Part shown: positions 1 to 14,813 of the stretch, in pieces
Layout of the letters: every line of letters starts with the position of its first letter
How positions within the stretch are numbered: the first letter of the stretch is position 1
DNA from: Seison nebaliae
Taxonomy: Eukaryota
Assembly: GCA_023231475.1 (NCBI GenBank)
Contig: JALJEE010000608.1
Coordinates: 1 to 36,264 of the forward strand
Direction of reading: 5' to 3'
DNA: 36,264 bases
Position numbers and translations under genes: made by a program
The notes under the pieces: generated by a model
The model's input: only the letters and a program-made list of their open reading frames with translations
Database searches by the model: none
What the model was told of the DNA's origin: nothing

Positions 1-190
1 GATTTCGTCACCGTTTTTAGATTATTTCGGACTCTGGAAAAATTTGTGAACCTAAATTTTACTTATTTTTCATTAAACGGTGATTTCGTCATCGTTTTTA
101 GAGTATTTCGGTGATTTCGTCACCCATTTAGCTGTATTTCGATGATTTCGTCACCCATTTAGCTGTATTTCGGTGATTTCGTCACCAATT
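1..190. repeat. 31-bp tandem minisatellite (GTGATTTCGTCACCCATTTAGCTGTATTTCG), truncated by the window start
   Basis: Units at 80-110, 111-141 and 142-172, a partial unit from 173, and a further copy at 1-30. The best-preserved units carry the inverted core GGTGA-TTTCG-TCACC. Confidence 0.9.
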
Positions 191-819
191 GATAAAAAAT
201 TTTTTATAATTTGCTTCATGTTTATGGAAATAAATATAATAAATTGACTTTAATTATCACTGGAAACTTTGGAACCTACATATATATACATAATGTATGT
301 AATGATGTATAAAATGCATTGTATATTATAATCATAATGTATTATTCAAGCGCCCTCGAATACATCGTAGATTGATCTTCTCGTTCAATTATATAATTTT
401 CTTTATCCGAAATGAATTTTAATAAATACAATAGGTTTAACCCCCAAAAAATTACGCAGATAGGAAAAATAAAGTTAAGAAGACGTGTTAATATTTTTAT
501 CTTTACAATATTGTTAGTCGAAAATTGTTGGTCGAATTATTATCAATATTCCGTTCTTCACATTATCATCAAATAAATTAACCAACCAACCAACTTCTAA
601 CATCCATGATTGCTATTAGTTCAGATTTTACAACATTTCGTTGTTATGGGGAGATTGAGATGCCTTATCGTGTTTTAACCGAGAGCGTTACGGTTTACAG
701 AATTCCTACGGTTCTCATTGAAAAGGTTCGTTGTTTCTTCCATCCTATTAACCAAGATAATTATTGGAAAGAATATAATCCGAAAGAACGTAAAAGAGAT
801 AAAGTAAGAATAAAATTTT

Positions 820-901
820 CGCTGCGAGAAGGATTTGAACCTGCGCGGGGAGACCCCATTAGATTTCGAGTCCAACGCCTTAACCACTCGGCCATCGCAG
901 C
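820..901 (-). tRNA. tRNA-Ser(CGA)
   Basis: Minus strand reads GCTGCGATGGCCGAGTGGTTAAGGCGTTGGACTCGAAATCTAATGGGGTCTCCCCGCGCAGGTTCAAATCCTTCTCGCAGCG. It is 82 nt with a GCTGCGA/TCGCAGC acceptor stem, CGA anticodon, long variable arm, A and B boxes, G discriminator and a downstream TTTT. One T-stem mismatch. Confidence 0.95.
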
Positions 902-1083
902 ATCCAAATTACGAGAGTTCAATTAAATGAATCGCAATGGTAACATAGTAATACGTATGAAAAAGTTTTTACCACGATAAATTATCTTTTTATTCTTTTT
1001 ATTATTTATATTTAATGTTATATATAATTTATTTTTAGTTGTCATTCACTCCAAAATATTTGATTCAATTTATTTTTATAAGT

Positions 1084-2782
1084 TTAATCGTTGTTTAATA
1101 AACTATAATCAGATTTAGTGTCAGTATGGGCAATAGATCGATTAAAATCGAAATTTGCATGTTTTGAAGCCAAACTACCTAATGGCAGAATGGCAATATT
1201 TGTTACATTTTGGTTTTGTGGAGGGGAAGTTTTGGTAATCTGGGGGAGATTATTTGCCAAAGATTTATTATTTGGTTTCGTTTCGAGTTTTGGATTCAAC
1301 CTTAATGCTTCAATTGGCAGTACTCTCCTTCGTCGTTTTGGTAATTTCGATCTTGCTTTCATATGAGAATAATACATTGCAAAATTTGATACGATAACTG
1401 GAACAGGTAAGGCGATACACAATACACCTACTACTGCACATACACCTCCAACTAACATGCCTGCTGCTGTTTTTGGAACCATATCACCATATCCAACTGT
1501 GGTAATTGTAACGATAGCCCACCATAAACCGATTGGTATACTTTCGAAATTATTGTTTGGATTATATTCGCTTCTTTCCGCATAGTACATTAATGACGCA
1601 AATATTACAATAAAAATAGCACCGAAGAAGACTAATAATGTCAATTCTTTCATACTGGCGTGGAAAGTGTGTATGAGAATTTTTAAACCAGAAGAATGTC
1701 TGGTCAATTTCAACAATCGCATTATTCTTAATATGGAAATGAATTCGATCCATTCCTGTTTCGTTTGTTCCGTTAACTTTACTATATAATCTGTGTAAAA
1801 TGCAACGGTTGCCACTACATCCATGATGTTGATTGGTGACGTAATAAATTGCCATTTATTGGGCGCGGCAAGTAGACGTATAATAATTTCAAAAAAGAAC
1901 CAAGCATTGCATACAATTTCGATGTAGAGGAACACATCATGTGGAACACTGTTATTTTGAGCGATAGTCCATCCTATCCTTTGTTGCTCTTCCGAATAAT
2001 TTTTATTGTTCGATTTATCATATTCTGTCACATTAGTAATTGGAGATGGAATTTTAAAATATGTTACATTACTGATATTCGTGATACGTAAACTTGGATG
2101 AGTTTTAAGACAAAATGAGAATATAGATAATATAATAAATAAAACACTTATGATTGATATTGTCTGGACAAAAGAGAAAAATTAGAGAATTTTAAATTAA
2201 AAAATGAAAAAATCGATGAACTTTAGCAGTTTTCGATGACGATGGTTCCTCAAATAATTGCCATAATATTGGTTTATATCTTTTGTACCAAGGTAATTGA
2301 CCAGAAAGATATCGATTATCATCTTCCCAACCAAACTTTTTTGCAACATCTTCATCAGTTGGTTTCTCATAATCCAAGTCCATATCTTCCAAAACTGATA
2401 AGGTTTCCTGTGTGTTTCTGTGTTGTGTATAAGTCATCCAACAACATGGCTCGACTTGATTAGCGTCAAGGCCCCAAAACTCGAGTTCCTCTTCAAATAA
2501 TGGTCCACAAACATCAGTGGGGTAATGTAATTTTCCAGTTCGATAATAATTCAAGATCTAAAAAAGAATTAAAATCATTTGATTAAAGAAGTGACGAATA
2601 ACTTGCGCAAATACTCCAGGATGACGATCGAAGAAATATTCATTGAGAACCGGATCGAAATTAGCTAAGTTTTCTGTTAATCTGGAAAGTCTAGTGGCTG
2701 GTATTTTTTTAAGAGTAAGTTTGTAAGATTCATGTCGAATCCCTCCCACGTTGAGAACAACTCGATTATCGTTATCCGACAT
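1084..2782 (-). CDS. Shaw: Shaw/Kv3-family voltage-gated K+ channel, paralog 1 (about 531 aa; exons 2782-2603, 2557-2222, 2163-1084)
   Basis: T1 domain ([13 protein letters not shown]...[41 protein letters not shown]), S4 ([13 protein letters not shown]), pore TTVGYGD and S6 PVPVIVSNF. Introns 2602-2558 (GTTATT..TAG) and 2221-2164 (GTTCAT..CAG) restore the frame. Confidence 0.96.
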
Positions 2783-5700
2783 TAGTATGTGATTTGAAAT
2801 GAATGTCGATTGTTTTTATTTAATCTTTTATTTCGTTCACAAACATTGATTTGGATACACTTCCAGCAAAGTGTGTACTTTTTAGCAGTTAGGAAATATA
2901 ATTTGTATAGGATTTGGATGGGTAAAATGATATGAATAAAAAGAGGAACGGATTCGTTGAATAAGTTTTATAGATGAACCAAATAGATAATATTTGATTA
3001 ATATATTGGATGTTCGTTCAATAGTTTGAAAACATAATAGCGATGAAACAAAATGATGCGATAGATCATATTATTTAACTACATATTAATCTATTAAAAA
3101 AGCGGAGAAATTTATAATTGCTTCCAGGCATCAATATTGATTATAATTCAAAAAAATATTTTCATAATTTATTGGTCTGAAGATAATCGTCTATAAAAGA
3201 TAACTTTATGTTAATACTTCTCCCACAATAATAGTATAACAATTAGAACTAAACAATTTCTAATAACATATGGATGTAGTAATTGAAGGGAAGTTGATGA
3301 AGCCATAGTCGAAAACTTAATTGTTTGGATGGAATAAGAAGAATAGAATTAAGATCATCGTTGTCATAATCACGACGATTATAAATGAAATAAAACAATA
3401 ATTAATCATATTATCATGACACAAAACAAGTCGATATAGATAAGATGTACAATAAAAAAATGTTGGGAAAAGGAAAATTATATGATCATCATTAAACAAT
3501 ATGACTTAATATCAATGGAAATGATTTATGATAATCATTATTTTTATTAGCACTATATTCCAATTTTTATCTATAATTCTGTCGATATTAGCAGAAATAT
3601 TGTTTTGACAATATTTGTGAAAATAATTAAAAAGAAGAACAACTGTTACGAACTCCGACTTCTATTATTTAGTACTACAACCAGTAGTTACATCTAGTTC
3701 AGTCGATGACAAATTCTTATTCTTCAAAAGAACTACATAAATTTCATACACTGCATGGTGACGAAAGTAGAATTACTCATTCTTTTTGTTTATGTCTCAC
3801 AATCCTAGCGAAGTGGTAGGAAATGACATGATTACATTCTGTGTTTAAAGCGACACGAGATAAAATTTGGGTGCGCAAACGAAACTGTGCCCGAAAATTT
3901 TAACGAAATTATAAAAACTACCAAGAGCCATGACCAACTGACATACATTGCGTTCTACACATAACACCTAAATCATTTATGATACACCGTCATTCTCTCA
4001 TTCTTCACTACTAATCGCTTCATCATTTCTATCATTCTTCGGAAAACAATTTAATGGAAATTTCCAATTACAGCAATAAAATACGGGAATTTTCTATGAA
4101 GGGGAATGATTCTATGAAAAATTTTAATTCTTTAAAAATTCGTGTTCAATTTGTTCTTTTTTCATTCTTTCTATTCTCACTTTTTAATAAGTTTCGATGA
4201 TTTTAAGTTCTGAATGTCAATGCATTAATCAAATTTACATCACATGGAAATAACGAAAGTGCCAATGAATTAGCATTTCCAGTTGATGTTAATTAATTTC
4301 TTTTTGCATTAATTACTATTTTGGTAGTTACTAAGATCGAAAATAATAACAACTTACTTCTATGAAAATTTGTTTTTATTGGTAAGAATAATCAAATTGG
4401 AGTTGTTAGATGGAATAGTGAAACTATTAAACATTCACTTTTAAGTTTCTAATGAGCGAAGGTAACAACAGATTTTCCTCCACACTTTCGTAGCTACTTT
4501 ATGTCACATAATTTGATTAGTTTTTTTTTCTCATAATTTATGATATAACATCTATTTACTTTATGGTTATAGTTATTAATACATGATGTGCATGCACTTG
4601 CATCAATTGCTATATTAAATTGGCTCGTTGCTAACGAAACCACCTAATTATTCTATGTGTTCAAAAAATTTTTGACGGTAAGAAATTGACTAAAAATTAA
4701 GTGATGATGATGATCATATTCTTGGGAATAAGAGAAAGGTAATGAATTCTCCATTTCTTTCATAAATATAAAATACTCGAAATAAACCGGTTACATCACT
4801 TATCATATTAGTGTAACTAAAGACCTGAGATCAGTTATTAAATTTTAAACGAAATGTTTTTATTTCATTAAATTTTGTTATGTTTCATAAACAAACCAGA
4901 ATATACTTGTCGAAGGAATATGGAGATCGAATTATATGAAGTAAGAATTATGAAGGTTCTTAGGTATTGGGTGGCGATAAGTACATGTTTGCTAGTCGAG
5001 AATTACAAGTGGAAATTAAGAAATTTAATTAATTTTCAAGGGAATTAATTTCTGATAAGAATTTTGCCAAACGGCATGTAATATTGGTATTTCCTCAAAT
5101 ACCAATGGATGAACAACATTTTTTATTTCATCGACAAATGTGAAGATTAGTTATCGATTTTTTTCCTTTTCGAACTTAAAAGCTTGTTGGAATTATCGAT
5201 CACATTTCCAGTAGCTGTTTATCAAGTATATGAGAATTATGTCCGTATGATATTTCAAAGTTTATGGATGGCAAATTTCCTTTTCATCCTTCAGAATCGT
5301 CAAATTATTAGTGTACTAATAATGAAGAAAGAATTCTTCCCAATTTTATTGCAATAAATCGATAGTTACTTTTTCCATGTTTTCTTTGATTTTAATTGTC
5401 CGACTAATTCATTGCAGATTCAGATAAATATTGTTTCATCGATTTGTTTTAACACGGATTGAACTGGGAGAAATATACAACGAAACTCGGGACTTGAAAT
5501 TGCTGTAGAAGATCGAGGAATCTAAAATGTGTTGGATTATGGGAAATGGTAAATGTGCTTATTGATATGAATGCACATAAAATTCATGAGATGAAATGCA
5601 TAATACATTCCAATGAACTAAATGTTTATTTACCAGATTTTTGAATAATTTTTAATTCATAAAAACAACAATAAAAAATATTATTTGTTTGGAACATTGA

Positions 5701-8700
5701 CGTGTCGTCCGAGTTTGGCGGAAAATAATTCAGCAGGTATTTATACGAAGCTTAATAGTTTGTCTTCTTAATCAACTTTTCATTTCTTGGATGAAAAATT
5801 GAACTTAAATTCTCTAAGGTAATAAAAGGTCTACCGTGATGTTCCAATGTTATACCAAGTTAATGCAAATAATGTTGCCATGAATGTAACTTCATATTAT
5901 GCATTTTCAAAGAAGTTAGTTTTGTAAAGAATCTTTTACTATTATGCACCGAAGTGATGATGATGATCTCTTAGGTTATTTTTAAAGTTTGGAATTCAAA
6001 TATTTTCATTTATCTAAACTGTGAGTCTCATATTTTTATCTATATAATATCATTCTGGAAAACTGAAATTAGTTAATACTTTTACACAGTCGTTATCCAT
6101 TTCACTCACAATGGTCATTAGTCAGTCGTAGTGCATCTTTTTGAATATTAAGTCCCATAGAGCTTCGAAGACATTTTGTTAGATAACTCGAGATTGTGAA
6201 ATTGTCGTTAGATAATTTTAAGTTATTTGTCTAATAAAGTTTTTCTTCGAATGGAAAAAGGACAAAAGAATATTCACACTGAATGTTTAAAAATAGAATA
6301 TCATCTTTGTGCAATATAATAGTATAATTGTGTTAAGGAAGAAGTATTGCATTGAGAAAGTATTATTCAATATATGATGTCATGTTCTCAATTAAATATT
6401 GATCTCATTTGCATAAGATGTGCAGAAAGACAGATGTGTGCAAATGAAACATTCTTCCGGTTCGTCGAAAACTGCAGCATTTATTCTCTTTCAAAATTTA
6501 CATTAACTAAATACCAAATTAATTATGGTGTTACTTATTAACTTAATAATCAGAATGCAAGTAAACTTGAATAAAAAAACGAATAATTATAGAGTAATTC
6601 CTTTTACTTCTCCTTTCTCTTCTTCCAATAAAATTGAGTGAAAAGTAAAGAAAAAAAGAATGAACAATGTTATATAACAACACAAAATACACAATATTTT
6701 CTCTTCACTTGTACACTAGAATAAGTTTCTAGTTTTTTTGTACATTTCCCCTTTATCTAGCGAAGAAGTTGTTCTCGACTTCACTAGACTGGCAACTATA
6801 TTGACGACGAGAGAGTCAACTGGAAGTTATGTAAAAGAAATCTAATGAATAATATTATGAGGAAGATCGAAAAGAATAAGATACAAAGTATTAATATGTG
6901 CAGAATCCATGTACATCTTAAAATCAATACTCGACCCCTTACCAATATTTACATATACTGAATTAAGTGAGAGAAAGGTGTTCCAACTGGTAATGTTTAA
7001 AGAGGTACGGTCGATCACAATAGACGTATGGTTTCGATAAAGCTATATGGAATATTTTGATAAACTAATAGAATAAGAAATGATTGAGTAGCATATGTTG
7101 GGAATAGTATGTTAAGGATACACATTTATATATTAAGTCGACGTCGACCGTAGAGGCACTTGCATCGACAATCGAAAGAAATAGACAGATAGGAAAACTA
7201 TTATGGTTGAGACTGGCACCTATAGATATGATTGTAGGTTGTGAGTGTAAATGTGATTGGCTTCCCGAAATATGGAAGCATGTATATATGAAGAAATATT
7301 TATGTCTATTTTACACTCTGCCAATTCTATGCATCAGCAATTAATATCTCTATTTCTCCTGATGAATTTAACTTGGGTAATCATACAATAAATTTTATTT
7401 AGCATACATCCCTCCAAGATGACGAAATATGAAGCTTATAAATTATCGTCTTTTCTTTTCTTCCTTTCTTCTGCTTCACCTTTCCGTCTCATATAAGTCT
7501 TCTCAATGAAATATCAGAGGTTTCACCAAATCCTCTTATTTATTTCATCCATTTCACATTCAACACCAAATGTGAAGCTGTAAATTGTTTGATGAATATT
7601 AATTTCAGTCGGAATACTACGAATAACCATTTTAATCGAACGAAAACTTTCCTTCCTTTATCTTTTTATCCTTTACATCACAACGAATTTACTCCAATTA
7701 CTTAGAAACTTTATCAAATTTATTTCATTATGTCATCATTTCCAACGAGTAATCTATCTCTCACTCATTGACAAAATGGAAACTTCTTGAAACTATTTCT
7801 TGTATAATCTTCTTCTTCTTCTTCGTCTTCTTCTTCTTTTTGAGTTGTGAAAGGAGTTCCATCATTTCTCCAGGCACATTTGGTGGAGCAGATAAAACTT
7901 TTCGATTCAACAAGTTCTTTTATTGTTCTGCTTCCCATTTTTTCTGTCCCATCGACTTTCGTTTTGTCTTCTACAATTATTCTCCCATCCTTTATATTCC
8001 ATATAATGGAATTTATTCAATTGTATCTTCTTAGCAGTCTTGATCAATTATAGTTATCGATATTGATCGAATTTCTACTCATTTCGAATTTCAACATATT
8101 GTTCTTTTCCACTCGAGGAAATATGAATGAAACGAATAAATATTTATATTGATCGGACAATTTCATATTCTAGTTCAATACAAAAAAATAGAGAATCAAT
8201 AAGAAATGTATAATGCGAAATGTTCTCCTAAATTATAATATTAGCAGCACAGGAATATTGAAATTCCAAAGGAAGTGCGCATATAAATCAATAAGGAATT
8301 CGTTTTTCTTTTCCTACACAGAAATTGTCGTAATAATTTTATTGTGAAATATGTGATGCATAATAGAAGAGGAGAATAGTATATGATGGGAAAACGTACA
8401 AATTACCTGAAAAAGGAGAATTGTGAATATACAATCGAATAATATACCAAAGGGAAAAGATCATAAAGTTAAGATTGATTTTATTCAGAAGCAAACTAGG
8501 AACACTTCTCGCAGATTAATAATAATTGTTAGATTTATCGCATTATCGATAATCAGATGTCATATGTCATATAAATAAACAATTAATAAACTCGGTTGAA
8601 AGGAGTTTTTTTTATGGGAGAAAGTTGAAATAACAATAATTTAGCAGTTTTAAAAAGTGGAAATTACTTTTTCTCTTGTTATTCTTATCGATAACATAGC

Positions 8701-11700
8701 AGGATATTTGTTGCTATTTTTCCGCTATTTTCAAATGAGTATTGAAATAATTATGTTCATATGGTTGGAGGTCGGATATACACGTATATGGAATGATGTG
8801 CCCATTCTCCGAGACGTATTCGAAGATAGTACACCATTGGAGTATTAGGGACAATGGAGTATATGTCAGGATTGTATGTTCATATGAAATTATAGCAGGT
8901 TATGTTAAAAATTAATAAATAGAAGAGTAATTTTATAATTATAAGCGAATTTTCTTTTATTATTCCATCACTAAAACTGATATAAATAATTGTAATGAGC
9001 ACAAATTCTATAAAGAAGTAAAAAAAAAGGAGAATAAGGAAAGGAAGAAATAATATAAAAATAGCTTACGTATAATTATAGTAAACCTAAACAACAAAAA
9101 AAGACCTATATGGTCCTCCTTATTTGTATGCGTGTGTATGAGAAGGGAAGCTCTTCTACGTCCTTATTTAATTATACGCAAAATTTATGTGGGGGGAAAT
9201 GCACCATATCTTCCTATGTGATATAATATGCTTATTTTTTTATCTAGAACACTGTGTTGTTATATTTTATTCTCCAAAATTTCTTTTTCGTTCTTCCCCA
9301 ACATTTCATTTACAATTATATTGCACAAATTCTCCATTCTTTCACTCCTAAATTATTTATGATTACATGTACATATGTCTATGGCCGTCCTACAGGAGTT
9401 ATGTACAAGTATAATCGCATATGAATAAACGATATATCGACTGCACTTTAGTAGGTGCACGTGAGAGACGGTTCTGTCTGTGTATGTTATGTGTAAGTTG
9501 TATGATATGAATAGTATTTCTTTCCTTCTTTTTAATATATTGTTAGTTATTCATCTCTATTACTATGACTGCCACTTTGTCGCTCTTTATATTCCATTAG
9601 TTGAGTGTAAAGACGAAGATGAAGAAGATGAGAATGGAAGAAGAATTGTTAAAATGGAAGTAGATATGATATTATCGGACACATACACATATGTGCCTGC
9701 TTATAATTATGATTATAGTGATGAAGATGACGATTGATGATAGAGAACTGCAACTACGAATCCGGTCCTCCATTGATGTCATAATATGTGTGTTGTTGAT
9801 GGGAGAAATGATGAAATTGTTTTGAGTCATACCAAATAATTTCTTCTACTTCGTTTTTTTTTGAGTGAAAAGAAAACTTCAGTTCTTTCATTTCTCCTTC
9901 GTCAAGCAATGGAATATCGTACAATAAATTGAAAGAATTTTATATATCATGGCTTTTGGAATGAGGAATGACTGTTAATGTAATGGAAATTACTGAATGT
10001 TATCTATTTCTCTTTAACGATAAGGCAAAAAGATCGATTATCATTTGAAATGATTTCATCATTCAAAAAGAAATTTTAACAACAAATGACGGGAGAATAC
10101 CTAAGATTGTGAAAGCGAAAAACTAATAAGATACTAATGATAGATTGAATAAAAGTAATGGAATGATGAATGATGGTAAGAGATTAAAAGTCTTTTTCCA
10201 AATTAGTTTTCAATTAACTGGATATTAGATAACAATAAAAGGCAAAAGAAAAAGTAATAGAAATGATATTTTTTCCAAAAGATATTAATTAATAATATCA
10301 ATTCCATTAGTTCCATATCTCATTCACTCACTTTCCCGACTCGTTATTAATTTCTTGTGTGCACCAAGTTATCGTGATCATTCTCTTCTCATTCCACTTA
10401 CCAACATCAAAATTATAGATTAAAAGTTATTAGTTATTGATGAAATAAATAACAACTCAACTAAAACTTTCATCCACATAGATTTTGTATATTGTCAAAA
10501 GTAGTATGCCATCTTCCCAGTAAAAGATATTCTTTCCAAGAATGGTTTCATGTCAATACCTTATAATACTTCCAACAGATCTATGTGTAATATTATCGAC
10601 TTCTATTGTATGAAATGTTAATCCAAATAGAAGAAGTTATATCGCAATTAACTTCATCTTCCTGCATTCTTTGCACATATCACTCTCCAGTTTATCCGTT
10701 TTTAAGACAGGCGATGCTCATTATTAGCATTTCACTTGGTTGATTGAAGTGGAATGATGATGGACAAAACGCAGAATTATGGAACTAAAATATTCCAATA
10801 TTAATGTCCCTACATTTCTGTTATCATTATATTTTTCTTCTCAAATATTTTGTTTCCTTTTTTGAAGGGAAAATTGGAGAAGGACTTTATTATCGATAGT
10901 GGGGCCATTCGGCAAGAAGTGAGAAGATATTCACTATTATGCACTAATTGTCCGGTATACGGTTTGATTGTGAGAGAAGAAATTTCGAACTCTCGATGTA
11001 TCGTGACAGAATAATAATTGAATTTTCCTTTTCAATCTATTATCTCACTTTTTATTCTGAAGTGATTTGTTAAACAATTCTTTCTTAATTAATTCACTCT
11101 TTATAGCACATTGAGCAAATATGTTTGTTGATGAGGAAATTGTAAATAACGATTTCATCAACTGTCTACTCTATTCTAAATTTGATTTTAAATGTATAAC
11201 GAATATGTTCATTGTTCACTTCATTGGAAATACTATTATTTCACACAAATTTCTTCGATTACGTGTTCTTCCAAACTATTATTAGTCATAGAAAATTTGA
11301 AAAATTCCCATATTATTATTGATCGACAATCTAACTTCACTTTTTATCTAACAAGTGAACCAGTTTTGTAAGTCTTCTATGGAAAAGTTATGAATAAGAG
11401 AAAATAAATATATTGTGATCCGACTATCCGATCAATACTTGATCGATCAAATTTTAGTCATGTTAATAATAATGTTACCATGTATTTATATCCAGAAGTA
11501 ATCTTTCAAGAAAATTCAGAAAAATGGTTATTTTTAATATATTTTTATGAAATACAAATACAAATCTGTGTTTATAAGTTTAATTGACTGTTATTAATAA
11601 TGATGGTTAAAAAGTATTAGCTTTTTAATATAGTAACGATTTTTTTTAACGTATGATTATTTTGTACAATATATTGAGATTTCCAACATTAGTAACTCGG

Positions 11701-14700
11701 TTAAATAAGTAGATGGGAGAATTGCAATTATTACGATGATAATTGTATCTGTTGATTCACATCGATTCACTTCCATGTTCATATCGTCGACCACTTGGAT
11801 AATCCTTCTTCAAATTGCTTATATTAAAATTATTACTTTAAAAAGCAATATTTGGAAGCATGATTGAACTCGTACGAAAGTGGTAGTTTCCGTCTGAACC
11901 TGTTCTTACAATATCCTGTTCCGCATGGAAGATCTTAACACTATATAAAGGAATTCCGGAAGGTAAAAGTAGAAAGATTAGATGCTATCATAATATAGTA
12001 ACTATATTTGTCATAAATCCAGAGGACAGATGACAAATCAATATCTCATAACGTTTAATTGCGACACAATTAATTGAGATTAGAATATAATACTTAAGAA
12101 AATTGTTTCGGAAGGATTAATGCTTTAGGTTGTAATATTCGAATATAGATTGTTAAAATTATTGGAAGGAAATACTTATTTCCAATGTCATTGGAGACCG
12201 ACGAACAAGCCGAAAACCCATTTCGATGGTAAAGAAAACAATAAAATATTGGAATATTTTAGAGTAATAAATAAAATGGCCTAAATTAATGGTTAATGCA
12301 TCTCCGAATATAAAAAATTAACGAGCTAATTGATTTCGTCGTATATTTGGTTGAATGAATTTTCCCAAGGCAAATTTTACTAGATATTTCAGACCTGCGA
12401 AGTATTTCATTTATTATTTAAGATTGATCCAGAAAAAAGATAAATAAATTATATAAAAAGTAAACAAACGTTAGAGCACAATATGATATATTATAAAAGA
12501 CTTAATAATAATTGGTATTAGGTATTAGAAATCAATTCCGATTTGGTTAATAGATATTATCGACGTATCTGAAGAGTTGAAATTCAATAATCTTCTCAAA
12601 AGGTAATATAAATCATTTTGCACATTCTTTTAGAACTTTTAGGTTTGAAGGACAATTCATCCAATTCACCTAACTCACTACCAATGCAATTCATTAACGT
12701 TAAAGAAAATATTATTTTAAGAATCTTTTTGAACATCCAGAAGATAATGGAAGAAGAGAAAGTTGAATTCATAAATCAGTTAGGTTGAATGATTGATCAT
12801 TCAAAGAATGTCTAACAAGATTCGATAGTATAATCTCTTACGTATAATATTTTGGTTAATTGAGAAATAATTATTGTAATTATCAATAGATTAGATATGA
12901 CATGATCGGAAAGTTTTAACCTTAAACAAATTGGAAAACAATTTTCTATGTTAATTGAATCTAATATAATGTGAATTTATTTAGGGAAAACGGAAAACTT
13001 TCTCACAAATCTTATTATTCTTCAGACAATAACCGAGGGAAAAAGGCCTATATTGACGGTTGAGACCTGTCAATTAGAGAAATGAGTAAAAAGTTCAAAA
13101 AGAAGAATGATTAAATTAATGTTGAAGTTGGAAATCAAATAAACTAATTGAATGAGGAGAATATGAAGATATAATGGAAGGAATGTTATTAGGAGTCCAA
13201 TTGCATCAGTTTTTATGGAAGCAAGATAATGATCATGTCTTAGTTGTCTAATTATAGGAGATGGTCCAATTTGCTCTTGTTCAAATAAGTAGAACTAATT
13301 TCCGATGGTTTGGTAATGATGATTCTATGAGAGAATGTTCTACTTTACATCTTCCTCCGCAAAAGAACGATATTTTGGAAAACAAGTTAATTCTTTAGAA
13401 AAGAAGAGAATATCTTTTTATTACTCTTCCACATTAGATGAAATAAGACTTTAGGCGTGCAAACCAAATTTCTTACAAATTATTGTATAACAAATGCACA
13501 ATAATAATAAAAAGGTAATCCAAAAAAAGGAATAAAAGTAATTTAATCCTACATGTACGTGTCTAATTGTAATGATAATATGCAATAATCATAATCAAAA
13601 TCATTCCAACCATATAGCAGAAGAAAGTAATAAGAACAATAACAAGAGTTTATGTGCACATACGTACGTACAGTATTCATACCAGTAGAATATTTCTTAT
13701 TTGCTTATTCTTATTTTTCATTCAATTAATATATTTCCTTATTTCCAATAAGTAACCAGAATTAATTTTTGTTATATTCCAGATTCCATTAAAGAAACTA
13801 TTAGGGAGAATTATTTCAATATCATTATATTCGTCAAATATAGAATATTACATAAACATATTCATCATCAATTGTTGAGAAAGAAAGAAAAGATTTCTTA
13901 TGTTATGGATATTGATTCAAGGTATTAATACAAATATATCGATAAATGAAGAAAGAAAGATATGATGATTGAATAATCATAATTTGTCGTAAGTTTAAAT
14001 AAAGTATATGATATCAATAATATGATGCCGTTGATACTTTATATGATTAGTATAATTCGATTAGTGAAAGTGTCGATTTCTCGTTCATTTTTAATATTAT
14101 GTTGAAAGAAGGGAATGAAAACATTTCGTCTAGTTGAACAACAAATGAAATTTTTTATTTCCCTTCTAATTTTTTCTTTGAATGATGAGCAGATGGAAAA
14201 CTGGTGAACTAAGAACCTTAGGAGGTTATCTGCACAAAATACATTTTATTAACATTTGTAGGACCGTAAGCGGTTAGTGGAAAACAGTAAGAAAAAATTT
14301 CAAATTGATACCTGTAAAATAATTGATATAAGGAAAGTAAATGTTACGAATCTTTCTAAATTTCGATGATGATTCCTATGTGAGATGTAGAAGGAATATG
14401 ATTAAGTTACAACTCTTGTTATAAAATTTCCTGTTGATGTAGCAAACTCAATTTTCTGTTGTTCACTCCGCTATTCTGTTTACATCAAATGATAATTTTA
14501 TTACGTCGATAGGCACGAATATTTCTCCATTTTATCTTGTTCCCAATTACTTTTTGCGTGTGCAAATAAATAGAAAATCAGCATACTAATATCTGATAAT
14601 ACTTTTCGTTCTTCATTTGTTTTCTTCTTCTTTCTCATTGTGTACATATTAGTTTCTTTTCAAAAGAAATGACCGAACATTTTTATGAAGACAAAAATAT

Positions 14701-14813
14701 CGAATTTCATTCCTTGATTAATATTTCCCATTTATTGATTAGATAATGATTGTTTGTTAAGAATAATCTTATTTCAGCGGCATACTAAATAATGAGTCAT
14801 CCATCATTATTCG

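Noticed and set aside
1..190. CRISPR-like array (palindromic repeat at regular spacing)
   Set aside because: The intervening sequences are near-identical, not unique spacers. The context is eukaryotic with no cas genes, so this is a minisatellite.
606..926. ORFs 606-926(+) and 675-887(-)
   Set aside because: Both overlap the tRNA-Ser gene and partly translate it. No recognisable homology.
4699..5968. Identical 17-mer AAGTGATGATGATGATC near 4699 and 5952 as C/D snoRNA C-boxes
   Set aside because: It is mostly a (GAT)n microsatellite, and I could not establish a terminal stem or guide sequence.
7137..7148. 12-bp palindrome GTCGACGTCGAC
   Set aside because: Single short occurrence with no supporting context.
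8657..9737. Short intergenic ORFs 8657-8848 and 9480-9737
   Set aside because: They have non-ATG starts, low complexity, no homology and no consistent exon chain.
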